From positions 210,001-242,000 of the forward strand of contig NZ_CP124549.1 in assembly GCF_030253515.1 (NCBI RefSeq): DNA of 32,000 bases, read 5' to 3'. Source of the stretch: Candidatus Nanosynbacter lyticus (GTDB lineage: Bacteria; Patescibacteriota; Saccharimonadia; Saccharimonadales; Saccharimonadaceae). Shown one piece after another: positions 15,022 to 22,721 of the stretch (positions within the stretch are counted from its first letter, which is position 1; every line of letters starts with the position of its first letter). A model generated the notes under the pieces. That model was not told the DNA's origin, searched no databases, and was given only the letters and a program-made list of their open reading frames with translations. The position numbers and the translations under genes are program-made.

Positions 15022-16383
15022 ATGAAGATCATCATCGCTGGCTATGGCCTTGAGGGTATATCAAGTTTGAGATATTTTCGGCAGGCTTTTCCTGATGCTG
15101 AGTTTGTGATCGCTGACCAGAAAGCGGTTGAGAATGCGCCGGACGGGGTGGCGGTGCGGACTGGTGAGTCGGTGTTCGCTGAGCGGTTGCAGGATGCCGA
15201 CATGGTGGTGCGAGCACCGGGTGTGCCGCCGCGGCTACTCAAAACGTCGGGCAAAATATGGTCGGCGACCAATGAGTTTTTTGACAAGTGTCCGGTGCCG
15301 ATTATTGGCGTGACGGGGACGAAAGGCAAGGGTACGACCTGTAGTCTGATCGTGGCGATCTTGCGGGCGGCTGGTCAGACGGTGCATCTGGTTGGGAACA
15401 TCGGTGTGCCGGCACTGGACGCGCTGCCAAACATCACAAAGGACGATTTCGTTGTGTACGAGCTATCAAGTTTTCAGCTGTGGGATCTCGAGAAGTCGCC
15501 GACCATTGCCGTGGTGTTGATGATCGAGCCTGATCATTTGGAGGTGCATACGGATTTTGCCGAGTACCTCGATGCCAAGAAAAATATTCGTCGCCACCAG
15601 GGTATTATTGATACATGTTTATATCATCCAACGAATAAATATTCGGAAGAAGTAGCTGCTACGCCTTTTAATGGACTATTGGATGAGCAGGGTCATGCGA
15701 CGTGTGAGTATTGCGGAGATGATGCACTAGATTTTGCGCACCGCTATGCCGTTCCCGACGAGGATCAGGTGTATGTCCGGGATGGTTACTTCTGTGTGCA
15801 AGATCGGCGGATTTGTCGCACCGATCATTTACGGCTGCCGGGCGCGCACAACCTCGAGAATGCGTGTGCGGCGATGAGCGCGGTGACAGAATTGCCGATC
15901 ACAGTGACCGACGAGCAGTACGCGGCTGGACTAGAGAGTTTTACGGGATTACCGCATCGATTAAAATTTGTTGCTGAGAAAAACGGCGTGAAGTATTACG
16001 ATGACAGTATCGCTACCACGCCAGGCAGTGCCATCGCGGCGCTGCGGGCGTTTGAGGCGCCGAAAGTGCTGATCGTCGGTGGGTACGACAAGGGGGCGGA
16101 TTATGATGAAATGGCCACGGAGATTGCCAAACAAACGGTGCGGGCGGTGATCATTATCGGGGCCAATGCGGCAAAGATTGAGCAGTCGCTGCATCAAGCA
16201 TCGGTGACGGCGACAACAGTGGTGCTCGGCCAGACGACGATGGTGGATGTCGTCGCTCAAGCCAGTCAATTATCTCGCCCGGGCGATGTTGTCATCCTCA
16301 GTCCAGCGGCCGCCAGCTTTGGTATGTTCAAAAATTACGTCGACCGCGGCGAGCAGTTCGTGACGGCAGTGGAGAATCTCTAA
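15022..16383 (+). CDS. murD: Mur ligase family protein, MurD-like (UDP-N-acetylmuramoyl-L-alanine--D-glutamate ligase)
   Basis: N-terminal Rossmann-like IIIAGYGLEG, P-loop GVTGTKGKGTT, EPDHLEVH, GAHNLENA, GLPHRL. I moved the start from 14944 to ATG 15022. Confidence 0.75.
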   Translation: MKIIIAGYGLEGISSLRYFRQAFPDAEFVIADQKAVENAPDGVAVRTGESVFAERLQDADMVVRAPGVPPRLLKTSGKIWSATNEFFDKCPVPIIGVTGTKGKGTTCSLIVAILRAAGQTVHLVGNIGVPALDALPNITKDDFVVYELSSFQLWDLEKSPTIAVVLMIEPDHLEVHTDFAEYLDAKKNIRRHQGIIDTCLYHPTNKYSEEVAATPFNGLLDEQGHATCEYCGDDALDFAHRYAVPDEDQVYVRDGYFCVQDRRICRTDHLRLPGAHNLENACAAMSAVTELPITVTDEQYAAGLESFTGLPHRLKFVAEKNGVKYYDDSIATTPGSAIAALRAFEAPKVLIVGGYDKGADYDEMATEIAKQTVRAVIIIGANAAKIEQSLHQASVTATTVVLGQTTMVDVVAQASQLSRPGDVVILSPAAASFGMFKNYVDRGEQFVTAVENL

Positions 16384-16919
16384 TTTTGATAGATTTCTGG
16401 TTTCAATACCCCGATATATGGCAGATTGCGGTATTGTTGGCGGAAATCTAGGCCGTAGCCGACGACGAATTCGTTAGGAACTGATAGGCCGATGTAATCG
16501 GCGGTAACGTTGACGATACGTCGTTCGGGTTTGTCGAGTAGTGAGCAGACTTTGACTGAGGCGGCACCGCGACCGGCGAATAATTCTAGCAATTTTTCCA
16601 ACGTTCGGCCGGTATCGACGATGTCTTCGACCAACAAAACATGTCGCCCAGTAACGTCGCTATCGATGTCCTTGAGAACGGTGACCGCGCCGGATGATTC
16701 AGTCGCGTCGCCGTAGCTGGAGACGTCGATGAAATCAATTTCCAGATAGCAATCCATGGCGCGTACCAGATCGATCATGAACGGTGCCACGCCACGCAGG
16801 ACGCCGATGACGAGCGGATTCTTGTCACGATACTCTGCTGTCAGCTCCTGGCCCAGCCGCGCCACCGCGTCATTAATTTGTTCAGTAGTTACGAGGATGG
16901 TAGCGATATCTTGATTCAT
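16380..16919 (-). CDS. hpt: hypoxanthine phosphoribosyltransferase
   Basis: PRPP-binding motif HVLLVEDIVDTGRTL and a C-terminal FVVGYGLD. I moved the start from 16997 to the ATG at 16919, which sits behind a -10 box. Confidence 0.92.
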   Translation of the reverse strand: MNQDIATILVTTEQINDAVARLGQELTAEYRDKNPLVIGVLRGVAPFMIDLVRAMDCYLEIDFIDVSSYGDATESSGAVTVLKDIDSDVTGRHVLLVEDIVDTGRTLEKLLELFAGRGAASVKVCSLLDKPERRIVNVTADYIGLSVPNEFVVGYGLDFRQQYRNLPYIGVLKPEIYQN

Positions 16920-16925
16920 AGGGGT

Positions 16926-16934
16926 AGTATAGCA
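16926..16934 (-). promoter_or_regulatory. extended -10 box TGCTATACT (minus strand), leaderless-type promoter of hpt
   Basis: The reverse complement of 16926-16934 is TGCTATACT. Six nt separate it from the ATG at 16919. It is divergent from the prfB promoter. Confidence 0.6.
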
Positions 16935-16972
16935 TGTTTTGTATTTTAGCTGAGTGAATACACACCGATATC

Positions 16973-16981
16973 TGCTAAAAT
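16973..16981 (+). promoter_or_regulatory. extended -10 box TGCTAAAAT, leaderless-type promoter of prfB
   Basis: Six nt (atatcc) separate it from ATG 16988. The context ATATCTGCTA.AAT...CCATG is nearly identical to the serS promoter. Confidence 0.6.
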
Positions 16982-16987
16982 ATATCC

Positions 16988-18067
16988 ATGCAGCCACTCA
17001 AAAAGCGCATCCAAACTCTGCGGTCAGAAGTAGAACAGGCCAAGGCGGCGCTGGATTTTGCGGCGCTGGAGCAGGAGCTGGCGGCGCTGGACGAGCGGCT
17101 TAATCAGCCGGAGATTTGGCATAATCCGGACGAGGCGCAGGCGCTGGCGAAAAAGGCGGCTAGCTTGCGCCAGACAGTTGAGCCGTGGCAGACGCTCAGC
17201 GTGCAGCTCATGGATATCGCCGAGTTGATGGAGCTGGGCGATGATGATTTGCTGCCGGAGTTTGAGGCGCAGGTGGTGGCGCTGGAGCAGGAGTTTACTC
17301 AGCGCAAGACCGATTTATTATTCAGCGGCCCATACGATAACCGCGAGGCGGTGGTGCGGATTTCGGCCGGTGTAGGCGGGCTGGATGCTCAGGACTTTGC
17401 GGCGATGCTGGAGCGGATGTATCTGCGCTGGGCGGAGAAGTCGGGGATGAAAGCCGATACACTGGAGCGTTCGACCAATGATGACGCTGGGATAAAGACG
17501 GCGGTGCTGGAGATTTCTGGGCCGTTTGCCTATGGAAAATTGCGCTCAGAAAATGGTGTGCATCGGCTGGTGCGCCTCAGTCCGTTTAATGCTGATAATT
17601 TGCGCCAGACTAGCTTTGCGCTGGTGGAGGTGTTGCCAAAGATTGATACGCCGGATGAAATTGCGATTGACCCGAATGATCTGAGGATTGATGTGTATCG
17701 TTCGGGCGGTAAGGGCGGCCAGGGCGTCAATACCACTGATTCGGCGGTGCGGGTGACGCACGTGCCGACGGGAATCACGGTGGCGATTCAGAACGAGCGC
17801 TCGCAGATCCAGAATAAAGAGACGGCGCTGAAGATCTTGCGCTCCAAGCTGCTGGCGATGAAGCTGGAGCAGCACGCCGAAACCCTGTCTGATCTCAGGG
17901 CTGGCGAGTCAGCCAACTGGGGCAGCCAGATTAGAAATTATGTCCTGCACCCATACACACTGGTCAAGGATACCCGCACCAAGCACGAGAACCGCAATGC
18001 CCAAGGGGTGCTGGACGGGGATATCGATGGGTTTATGACGGCTTATTTGCGTGAGTCGCGTGGCTAA
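16988..18067 (+). CDS. prfB: peptide chain release factor 2 (single ORF, no programmed frameshift)
   Basis: The SPF tripeptide (RLSPFNA) and the GGQ motif (SGGKGGQGVNTTDSAV) are present. The ORF is uninterrupted at 359 aa. Confidence 0.93.
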   Translation: MQPLKKRIQTLRSEVEQAKAALDFAALEQELAALDERLNQPEIWHNPDEAQALAKKAASLRQTVEPWQTLSVQLMDIAELMELGDDDLLPEFEAQVVALEQEFTQRKTDLLFSGPYDNREAVVRISAGVGGLDAQDFAAMLERMYLRWAEKSGMKADTLERSTNDDAGIKTAVLEISGPFAYGKLRSENGVHRLVRLSPFNADNLRQTSFALVEVLPKIDTPDEIAIDPNDLRIDVYRSGGKGGQGVNTTDSAVRVTHVPTGITVAIQNERSQIQNKETALKILRSKLLAMKLEQHAETLSDLRAGESANWGSQIRNYVLHPYTLVKDTRTKHENRNAQGVLDGDIDGFMTAYLRESRG

Positions 18068-18109
18068 ATAAAGAGCCAGTATATACCTATTCGCACCATC
18101 CTTAAAATC

Positions 18110-18118
18110 TGCTATACT
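18110..18118 (+). promoter_or_regulatory. extended -10 box TGCTATACT, leaderless-type promoter of ftsEX
   Basis: Seven nt (agtagaa) separate it from ATG 18126, with no Shine-Dalgarno sequence. Confidence 0.6.
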
Positions 18119-18125
18119 AGTAGAA

Positions 18126-18809
18126 ATGATTTTGTTAGATAGGGTTACCAAAACGTATGGCAAGGATAACAAGCCGGCCTTGAACCGGGTTAGTGTCCAT
18201 GTCAAACCGGGCGAGTTTGTGATCCTGGTCGGGACGTCGGGTGCGGGGAAGTCGACGCTGCTCAAGCTGCTGACCCGCGAGGAAAAGCCGACTGGTGGCA
18301 AGATTGTTGTCGGTGGGATTGATTATGACACGCTCAAGGACAAGCATATCCCGCTGCTACGGCGCAAGATCGGCGTGGTGTTTCAGGATTTCAAGCTGCT
18401 ACCAAACCGGACGGTGTTTGAGAATGTGGCCTTTGCGCTGGAGATTGCCGGGATGACTAATCGCGAGATCAAATCAACGGTGCCAAAGGTGATTGAGCTA
18501 GTGGGGCTGAAAGGTAAGGAAAAGAATTTCCCAAACCAACTGTCTGGCGGTGAGCGCCAACGGGTGGCGATTGCCCGGGCAGTGGTTCGGCAGCCAAAGA
18601 TCTTGATCGCTGACGAGCCGACTGGTAACCTTGACCCAAAGCATAGCTGGGATATTGTGCGCTTGCTGGAAAAAATTAACAAATACGGCACCACGGTGCT
18701 GTTGACCACGCACAACGTCGATATTGTCAATAAGCTCAAGCGCCGGGTGATCACCATTGATCACGGTAAAATCACCTCTGATCAAGCCAAGGGGAGTTAC
18801 AAACAATGA
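18126..18809 (+). CDS. ftsE: cell division ATP-binding protein FtsE
   Basis: Walker A GTSGAGKST, signature LSGGERQR, Walker B ILIADEPTGNLD. It pairs with the downstream FtsX through an ATGA overlap. Confidence 0.92.
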   Translation: MILLDRVTKTYGKDNKPALNRVSVHVKPGEFVILVGTSGAGKSTLLKLLTREEKPTGGKIVVGGIDYDTLKDKHIPLLRRKIGVVFQDFKLLPNRTVFENVAFALEIAGMTNREIKSTVPKVIELVGLKGKEKNFPNQLSGGERQRVAIARAVVRQPKILIADEPTGNLDPKHSWDIVRLLEKINKYGTTVLLTTHNVDIVNKLKRRVITIDHGKITSDQAKGSYKQ

Positions 18810-19807
18810 CCGATATCTCACGTAAAGCCGCCGCCAAGGCGCGCGTCGATCCTAAAGTTCTCAAGCGCACGCGGCAGCGTCGCCGTCGGGTGCTGACGTT
18901 CTGGCGAATGTGCCGGTATGGTATCAATAATTTTAGCCGTAATACCTGGCTGACGATCGCAGCGACTGCGGTGATGGCGGTGACGCTGCTCATTATTGCC
19001 GTTACTATGGCTGCTCGCCAGGTGCTGGTTGACTCGGTCGATACAATTTCGCGCAAGTCCGATATGTCGATTTTCCTCAAAGGCTCAACCGAGCAAAAGG
19101 TGATCGACGAGCTGACATCGCGCCTGAGCAAGCTCCAGAATGTCGAAAAGGTGACGTATATCTCGGCAGAGCAGGCGCGTCAGGAGCAAATCGAGAAGTA
19201 TAAGAATGATCCAGCAACTCTCGAGGCGATCAAGGAATCAAGTAACGAAATGCCAGCATCGCTTCGGGCTTCGCTCAAGGATTTAAACGATCAGCGGGCA
19301 CTGATTGAGTTTACGAAGCATGACGAGCTGTATAAGAAGCACAAAGATCCGACCAAAGAACCGTCGTTCATCGGTGATCGGCGTGATGCGATCAACGCTA
19401 TCGGTGATTGGGTGCGGTTTGCCAGTATCGCCGGCTCGATCGCTACCGTGGTGTTCGTGGTGATTTCGTCGCTGGTGGTGTTTAACACCATCAGGATGGC
19501 AATTTTTAACCGCAAAGACGAGATCCAGATGATGAAGCTGATCGGTGCTGATCGTGGATTTATTCGCGGGCCATTTATCGTTGAGGCAATTATGTATGGA
19601 TTTATCGCGGCACTGGTGGCCTCAGGGGTCGGGTATTTGTTGCTGTTTTCGGCACACGACAAGCTGGCGGTGCGGCTGCCGATGGATAACTTGATGAATA
19701 TTGGCACCACGTATGCCGGGCTAGTAGTGCTGGCGATGATTATGATTGGTGCGGTGATTGGCATTGTCTCGTCATTGATCGCGACGCGCAAATACTTAAA
19801 ATTATAA
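18806..19807 (+). CDS. ftsX: cell division permease-like protein FtsX
   Basis: N-terminal basic region, TM1, a ~140-aa extracytoplasmic domain, then a C-terminal 3-TM FtsX bundle (MMKLIGADRGFIRGPFIVEA). Confidence 0.9.
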   Translation: MTDISRKAAAKARVDPKVLKRTRQRRRRVLTFWRMCRYGINNFSRNTWLTIAATAVMAVTLLIIAVTMAARQVLVDSVDTISRKSDMSIFLKGSTEQKVIDELTSRLSKLQNVEKVTYISAEQARQEQIEKYKNDPATLEAIKESSNEMPASLRASLKDLNDQRALIEFTKHDELYKKHKDPTKEPSFIGDRRDAINAIGDWVRFASIAGSIATVVFVVISSLVVFNTIRMAIFNRKDEIQMMKLIGADRGFIRGPFIVEAIMYGFIAALVASGVGYLLLFSAHDKLAVRLPMDNLMNIGTTYAGLVVLAMIMIGAVIGIVSSLIATRKYLKL

Positions 19808-19851
19808 GTTATTTTGTCGCTGACCCCTGAATATTTACTGAGCCAAGGCGC

Positions 19852-19881
19852 TTGACGTCCATATGTCGCTTGTGCTAAAAT
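19852..19881 (+). promoter_or_regulatory. sigma-70-type promoter: TTGACG, 18-nt spacer, TGCTAAAAT
   Basis: -35 TTGACG at 19852-19857 and extended -10 at 19873-19881. Eight nt separate it from ATG 19890. Confidence 0.65.
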
Positions 19882-19889
19882 AAAAGGCA

Positions 19890-21023
19890 ATGAAGATACG
19901 GTCCACCACACCAGTTTCGACATCACGAGCCACACGGGCAGCTCTCGTGGCGGTTAGTGCTGTTGTTTTGGGCGCTGGCGTGTTCCAGCTCGGCCCACAT
20001 GTATTCGCGCGTGACTATGAAGCGGAAATTAACGCTCTCAACCAACAGGCGCAACAGGCGCAGAACGAGGCCAATCGTCTCGGGACGATGGCGGCGACGC
20101 TGGAGGAAGAGCTCGGGCGCATCAACGCGCAGATTGATTCGATCCGAGCGGAAATTGCCAAGAGCCAACAAAAGCACGACGCATTGGTTGCGGAGATTGC
20201 TAAAAATAAGCTAGCGATTGAAAAGAGCCGCAAGGTCATGGGTAAAATCCTCTCAGATATTTACCTCGATGATCAGATCTCGCCACTCGAGATGCTGGCG
20301 AGCTCCAAATCAATCGGCGATTATGTTGATAAGCAGGAGCAACGTAGTAGCTTGCGATCCTCACTGAACGATAAGATCAAGGAAATTAAGGCGCTGCAGG
20401 CGAAGTTAGAAGAGAATAAAAAGTCAGTTGAGAATGTACTCAAAGACCAGAAAGCTCAGCAGTCGCAACTGGCGTCCAAGCAGGCAGAGCAGGCCAAGCT
20501 CGTCAATGACACCAAGAACGACCAGAATGCCTATGCAGCTCTCGCAACGCAGCGCAATAACCAGGCAGCGAAACTACGCGAAGAGCAGGCGGCGGCTAAC
20601 CGACGAGCGCTTGGCGGGGTGTCAATTCCGGGTGGTATCCCGGGCGGTGGTGGCTATCCAGGTGTCTGGGCGAATGCACCACTAGATGCTTACGTCGATC
20701 CATGGGGCTTATATACACGTGAGTGCGTGAGCTATGTGGCCTGGAAGATCCACAGTACCGGTCGGTTTGTGCCGCATTTTGGTGGGGCTGGTAACGCTAA
20801 TCAGTGGCCATCAACAGCGGCGCGATACGGCATCCAGAGCGGTTCGACACCAAAGGCTGGCGCGGCGGCGGTCATGAATGTTGGCTATTATGGACACGTG
20901 ATGTACGTCGAGTCGGTTAATGGTGACGGCACAATTACGGTCAGCGACTATAACTTGGCGTGGGACGGTCTGTACCGAAAGTATACGCGTTTAGCCTCGG
21001 GCTTAACCTACGTGTATTTTTAA
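19890..21023 (+). CDS. PcsB-like secreted peptidoglycan hydrolase (coiled-coil domain plus C-terminal CHAP domain)
   Basis: Signal peptide or anchor, ~200 aa of heptad-rich Q/A/K/E coiled coil, and a Gly-rich linker (GGIPGGGGYPG). The CHAP domain has a candidate catalytic Cys (ECVSYVAWK) and His (GHVMYVESV). Confidence 0.85.
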   Translation: MKIRSTTPVSTSRATRAALVAVSAVVLGAGVFQLGPHVFARDYEAEINALNQQAQQAQNEANRLGTMAATLEEELGRINAQIDSIRAEIAKSQQKHDALVAEIAKNKLAIEKSRKVMGKILSDIYLDDQISPLEMLASSKSIGDYVDKQEQRSSLRSSLNDKIKEIKALQAKLEENKKSVENVLKDQKAQQSQLASKQAEQAKLVNDTKNDQNAYAALATQRNNQAAKLREEQAAANRRALGGVSIPGGIPGGGGYPGVWANAPLDAYVDPWGLYTRECVSYVAWKIHSTGRFVPHFGGAGNANQWPSTAARYGIQSGSTPKAGAAAVMNVGYYGHVMYVESVNGDGTITVSDYNLAWDGLYRKYTRLASGLTYVYF

Positions 21024-21040
21024 TAGTACGATGAGTCAAT

Positions 21041-21067
21041 AAAACCCTCGCATCAGCGAGGGTTTTT
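21041..21067 (+). terminator. rho-independent terminator after the PcsB-like gene
   Basis: AAAA, then stem CCCTCGC (21045-21051) pairing with GCGAGGG (21056-21062) around the loop ATCA, then TTTTT (21063-21067). Confidence 0.8.
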
Positions 21068-21070
21068 GTG

Positions 21071-21076
21071 TACAAT
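21071..21076 (+). promoter_or_regulatory. -10 box TACAAT (preceded by TGTG), leaderless-type promoter of ctp
   Basis: Six nt (agatac) separate it from ATG 21083. The track's GTG start at 21068 lies inside this promoter. Confidence 0.5.
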
Positions 21077-21082
21077 AGATAC

Positions 21083-22261
21083 ATGACAGAGCAACGGAGG
21101 GTAGGAATGCGGGCTCGCTTGTTTTTGGGCGGGCTGCTGATCGCGATTGTGAGTTTTGCGGCCGGGACGCGGTCGGATCTGATCGTGGCGCAGGTCGGGT
21201 CGCTGTTTGGTCTCAGAACAGCAACGGGGTCGCTGGATTTATCAGCGGTGCAGCGCGTGTACCGTGAGCTAAAGGCTCATTATGACGGTAATTTGGATGA
21301 GCAAGCACTTACGCGTGGGGCGGCGCGCGGTATGGTGGCAGCGACGGGCGATCCGCACACGGCGTACATGGATCCGGATGAAGCCAAGGAGTTTGAGAAG
21401 AGCTTGTCGGGCAATATTGGTGGCGGTATCGGGGCGGAAATTGCCAAGCGGCATAACGTGCCGACGATCATCCGGCCGCTAAAGAATAGCCCAGCCGAAA
21501 AGGCGGGCGTCAAAGCTGGTGATGCCATCGTCAAGGTCAATGACACGGTGGTGACTAATATGCCGGTTGATCAAGTGGTGCAGCGTATTCGTGGCGACGT
21601 TGGCACGACGGTCAAGTTGGTGCTGTCGCGTGGCGACGAGCGTAAAGATATAACGGTGACACGCGAGGAGGTCGTCGCGCCGGCTGCCGAGTGGAAGATC
21701 GACGGTGAGATCGGTATTTTAACGGTGGGCCGTTTTAATGACGATACCGGCAAGCAAGCGCGCCAAGCCGCCGAGGAATTCCGTTCGGCAGGCGTCAAGA
21801 AAGTCATCCTCGATCTCAGGGGAAATCCTGGCGGTACGGTGGCGGCTGCACAGGCGTTAGCGGGGTTGTGGCTCAATCATGAGGTGGTAATGACCCAACG
21901 GCGCGGTGAGCAGGTTATCTCGACCGAGAAATCAACCGGCCAGCCGCTTCTCGGTGATATCAAGACGGTCGTGCTGATCAACGGTGGTAGTGCCAGCGCC
22001 AGCGAGATCGTGGCGGGGGCGCTCAAGGATCACGGCAAGGCAACGCTGGTTGGCGAAAAAACCTATGGCAAGGGCAGTGTACAGCGGCCGATTGATTTGG
22101 CAGACGGCTCGGTTCTAAAAGTGACCGAGGCGCGCTGGTATACGCCGCACGGCAAGAATATTGACAAGTCGGGTATCGAACCGGATGTTAAGGTCGAGAT
22201 GACGGCTGGGGCGGCAGATAATGGACGCGATCCACAGTTAGAGAAGGCAAAGAGTGTATAA
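21083..22261 (+). CDS. S41-family C-terminal processing peptidase (Ctp/Prc-like) with PDZ domain
   Basis: N-terminal anchor and a PDZ-like segment (SPAEKAGVKAGDAIVKVND). S41 motifs ILDLRGNPGG, GGSASASEIVAGALKD and TYGKGSVQ are present. Confidence 0.9.
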   Translation: MTEQRRVGMRARLFLGGLLIAIVSFAAGTRSDLIVAQVGSLFGLRTATGSLDLSAVQRVYRELKAHYDGNLDEQALTRGAARGMVAATGDPHTAYMDPDEAKEFEKSLSGNIGGGIGAEIAKRHNVPTIIRPLKNSPAEKAGVKAGDAIVKVNDTVVTNMPVDQVVQRIRGDVGTTVKLVLSRGDERKDITVTREEVVAPAAEWKIDGEIGILTVGRFNDDTGKQARQAAEEFRSAGVKKVILDLRGNPGGTVAAAQALAGLWLNHEVVMTQRRGEQVISTEKSTGQPLLGDIKTVVLINGGSASASEIVAGALKDHGKATLVGEKTYGKGSVQRPIDLADGSVLKVTEARWYTPHGKNIDKSGIEPDVKVEMTAGAADNGRDPQLEKAKSV

Positions 22262-22284
22262 GCTCAAAAAGGGAGGGTAAAGAT

Positions 22285-22680
22285 ATGCAACACAGAAAAA
22301 AAATACTACTGGTTGAAGATGACACGGCACTGGCGGCGGTCTATCGGTCGCGGCTGGAGCTGGAGGGCTTTGAGATTCGTGAGGTGCATAATGGTGAGGA
22401 CGCGCTGTCGGCAACGGTGGCGTTTCGGCCGGATCTGATCGTACTGGATGCTATGATGCCAAAAATTAGCGGCTTTGACGTGCTCGATATCCTGCGCAAT
22501 ACGCCAGAAACGACCAATGTGCGGGTAATTATGCTAACGGCGCTGAGTCAGCAGAAGGACCGGGAGCGGGCAGAGGCGCTCGGAGTAGACGAATATCTCG
22601 TCAAATCGCAGGTGGTGATCGGCGACGTGGTAGCGCGAGTGAAGCATCATTTGGGCATGTCGCAGTCGTTTGAAAACTAG
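22285..22680 (+). CDS. stand-alone response-regulator receiver protein (CheY/DivK-like)
   Basis: Acidic pocket VEDD, phospho-acceptor context LIVLDAMMP, IMLTA, and a conserved Lys in YLVKS. There is no output domain. GGGAGGG Shine-Dalgarno upstream. Confidence 0.88.
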   Translation: MQHRKKILLVEDDTALAAVYRSRLELEGFEIREVHNGEDALSATVAFRPDLIVLDAMMPKISGFDVLDILRNTPETTNVRVIMLTALSQQKDRERAEALGVDEYLVKSQVVIGDVVARVKHHLGMSQSFEN

Positions 22681-22706
22681 GTTGGGCCATCCCCGCGTAG
22701 GTAGTT

Positions 22707-22715
22707 TGCTATAAT
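22707..22715 (+). promoter_or_regulatory. extended -10 box TGCTATAAT upstream of the 22722 gene
   Basis: Six nt (aagggc) separate it from GTG 22722. Confidence 0.5.
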
Positions 22716-22721
22716 AAGGGC

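Noticed and set aside
16988-17100. Programmed +1 frameshift site expected in many prfB genes.
   Set aside because: I looked for an early in-frame TGA with a CTT TGA C-type context. The RF2 frame is continuous from ATG 16988, so there is no frameshift. This is a known state in a minority of bacteria and is not remarkable.
19291-19935. 214-aa ORF antisense to ftsX.
   Set aside because: It lies entirely opposite a well-supported ftsX frame, has low-complexity Ser/Thr/Ile-rich composition, and has no ribosome-binding site or promoter motif.
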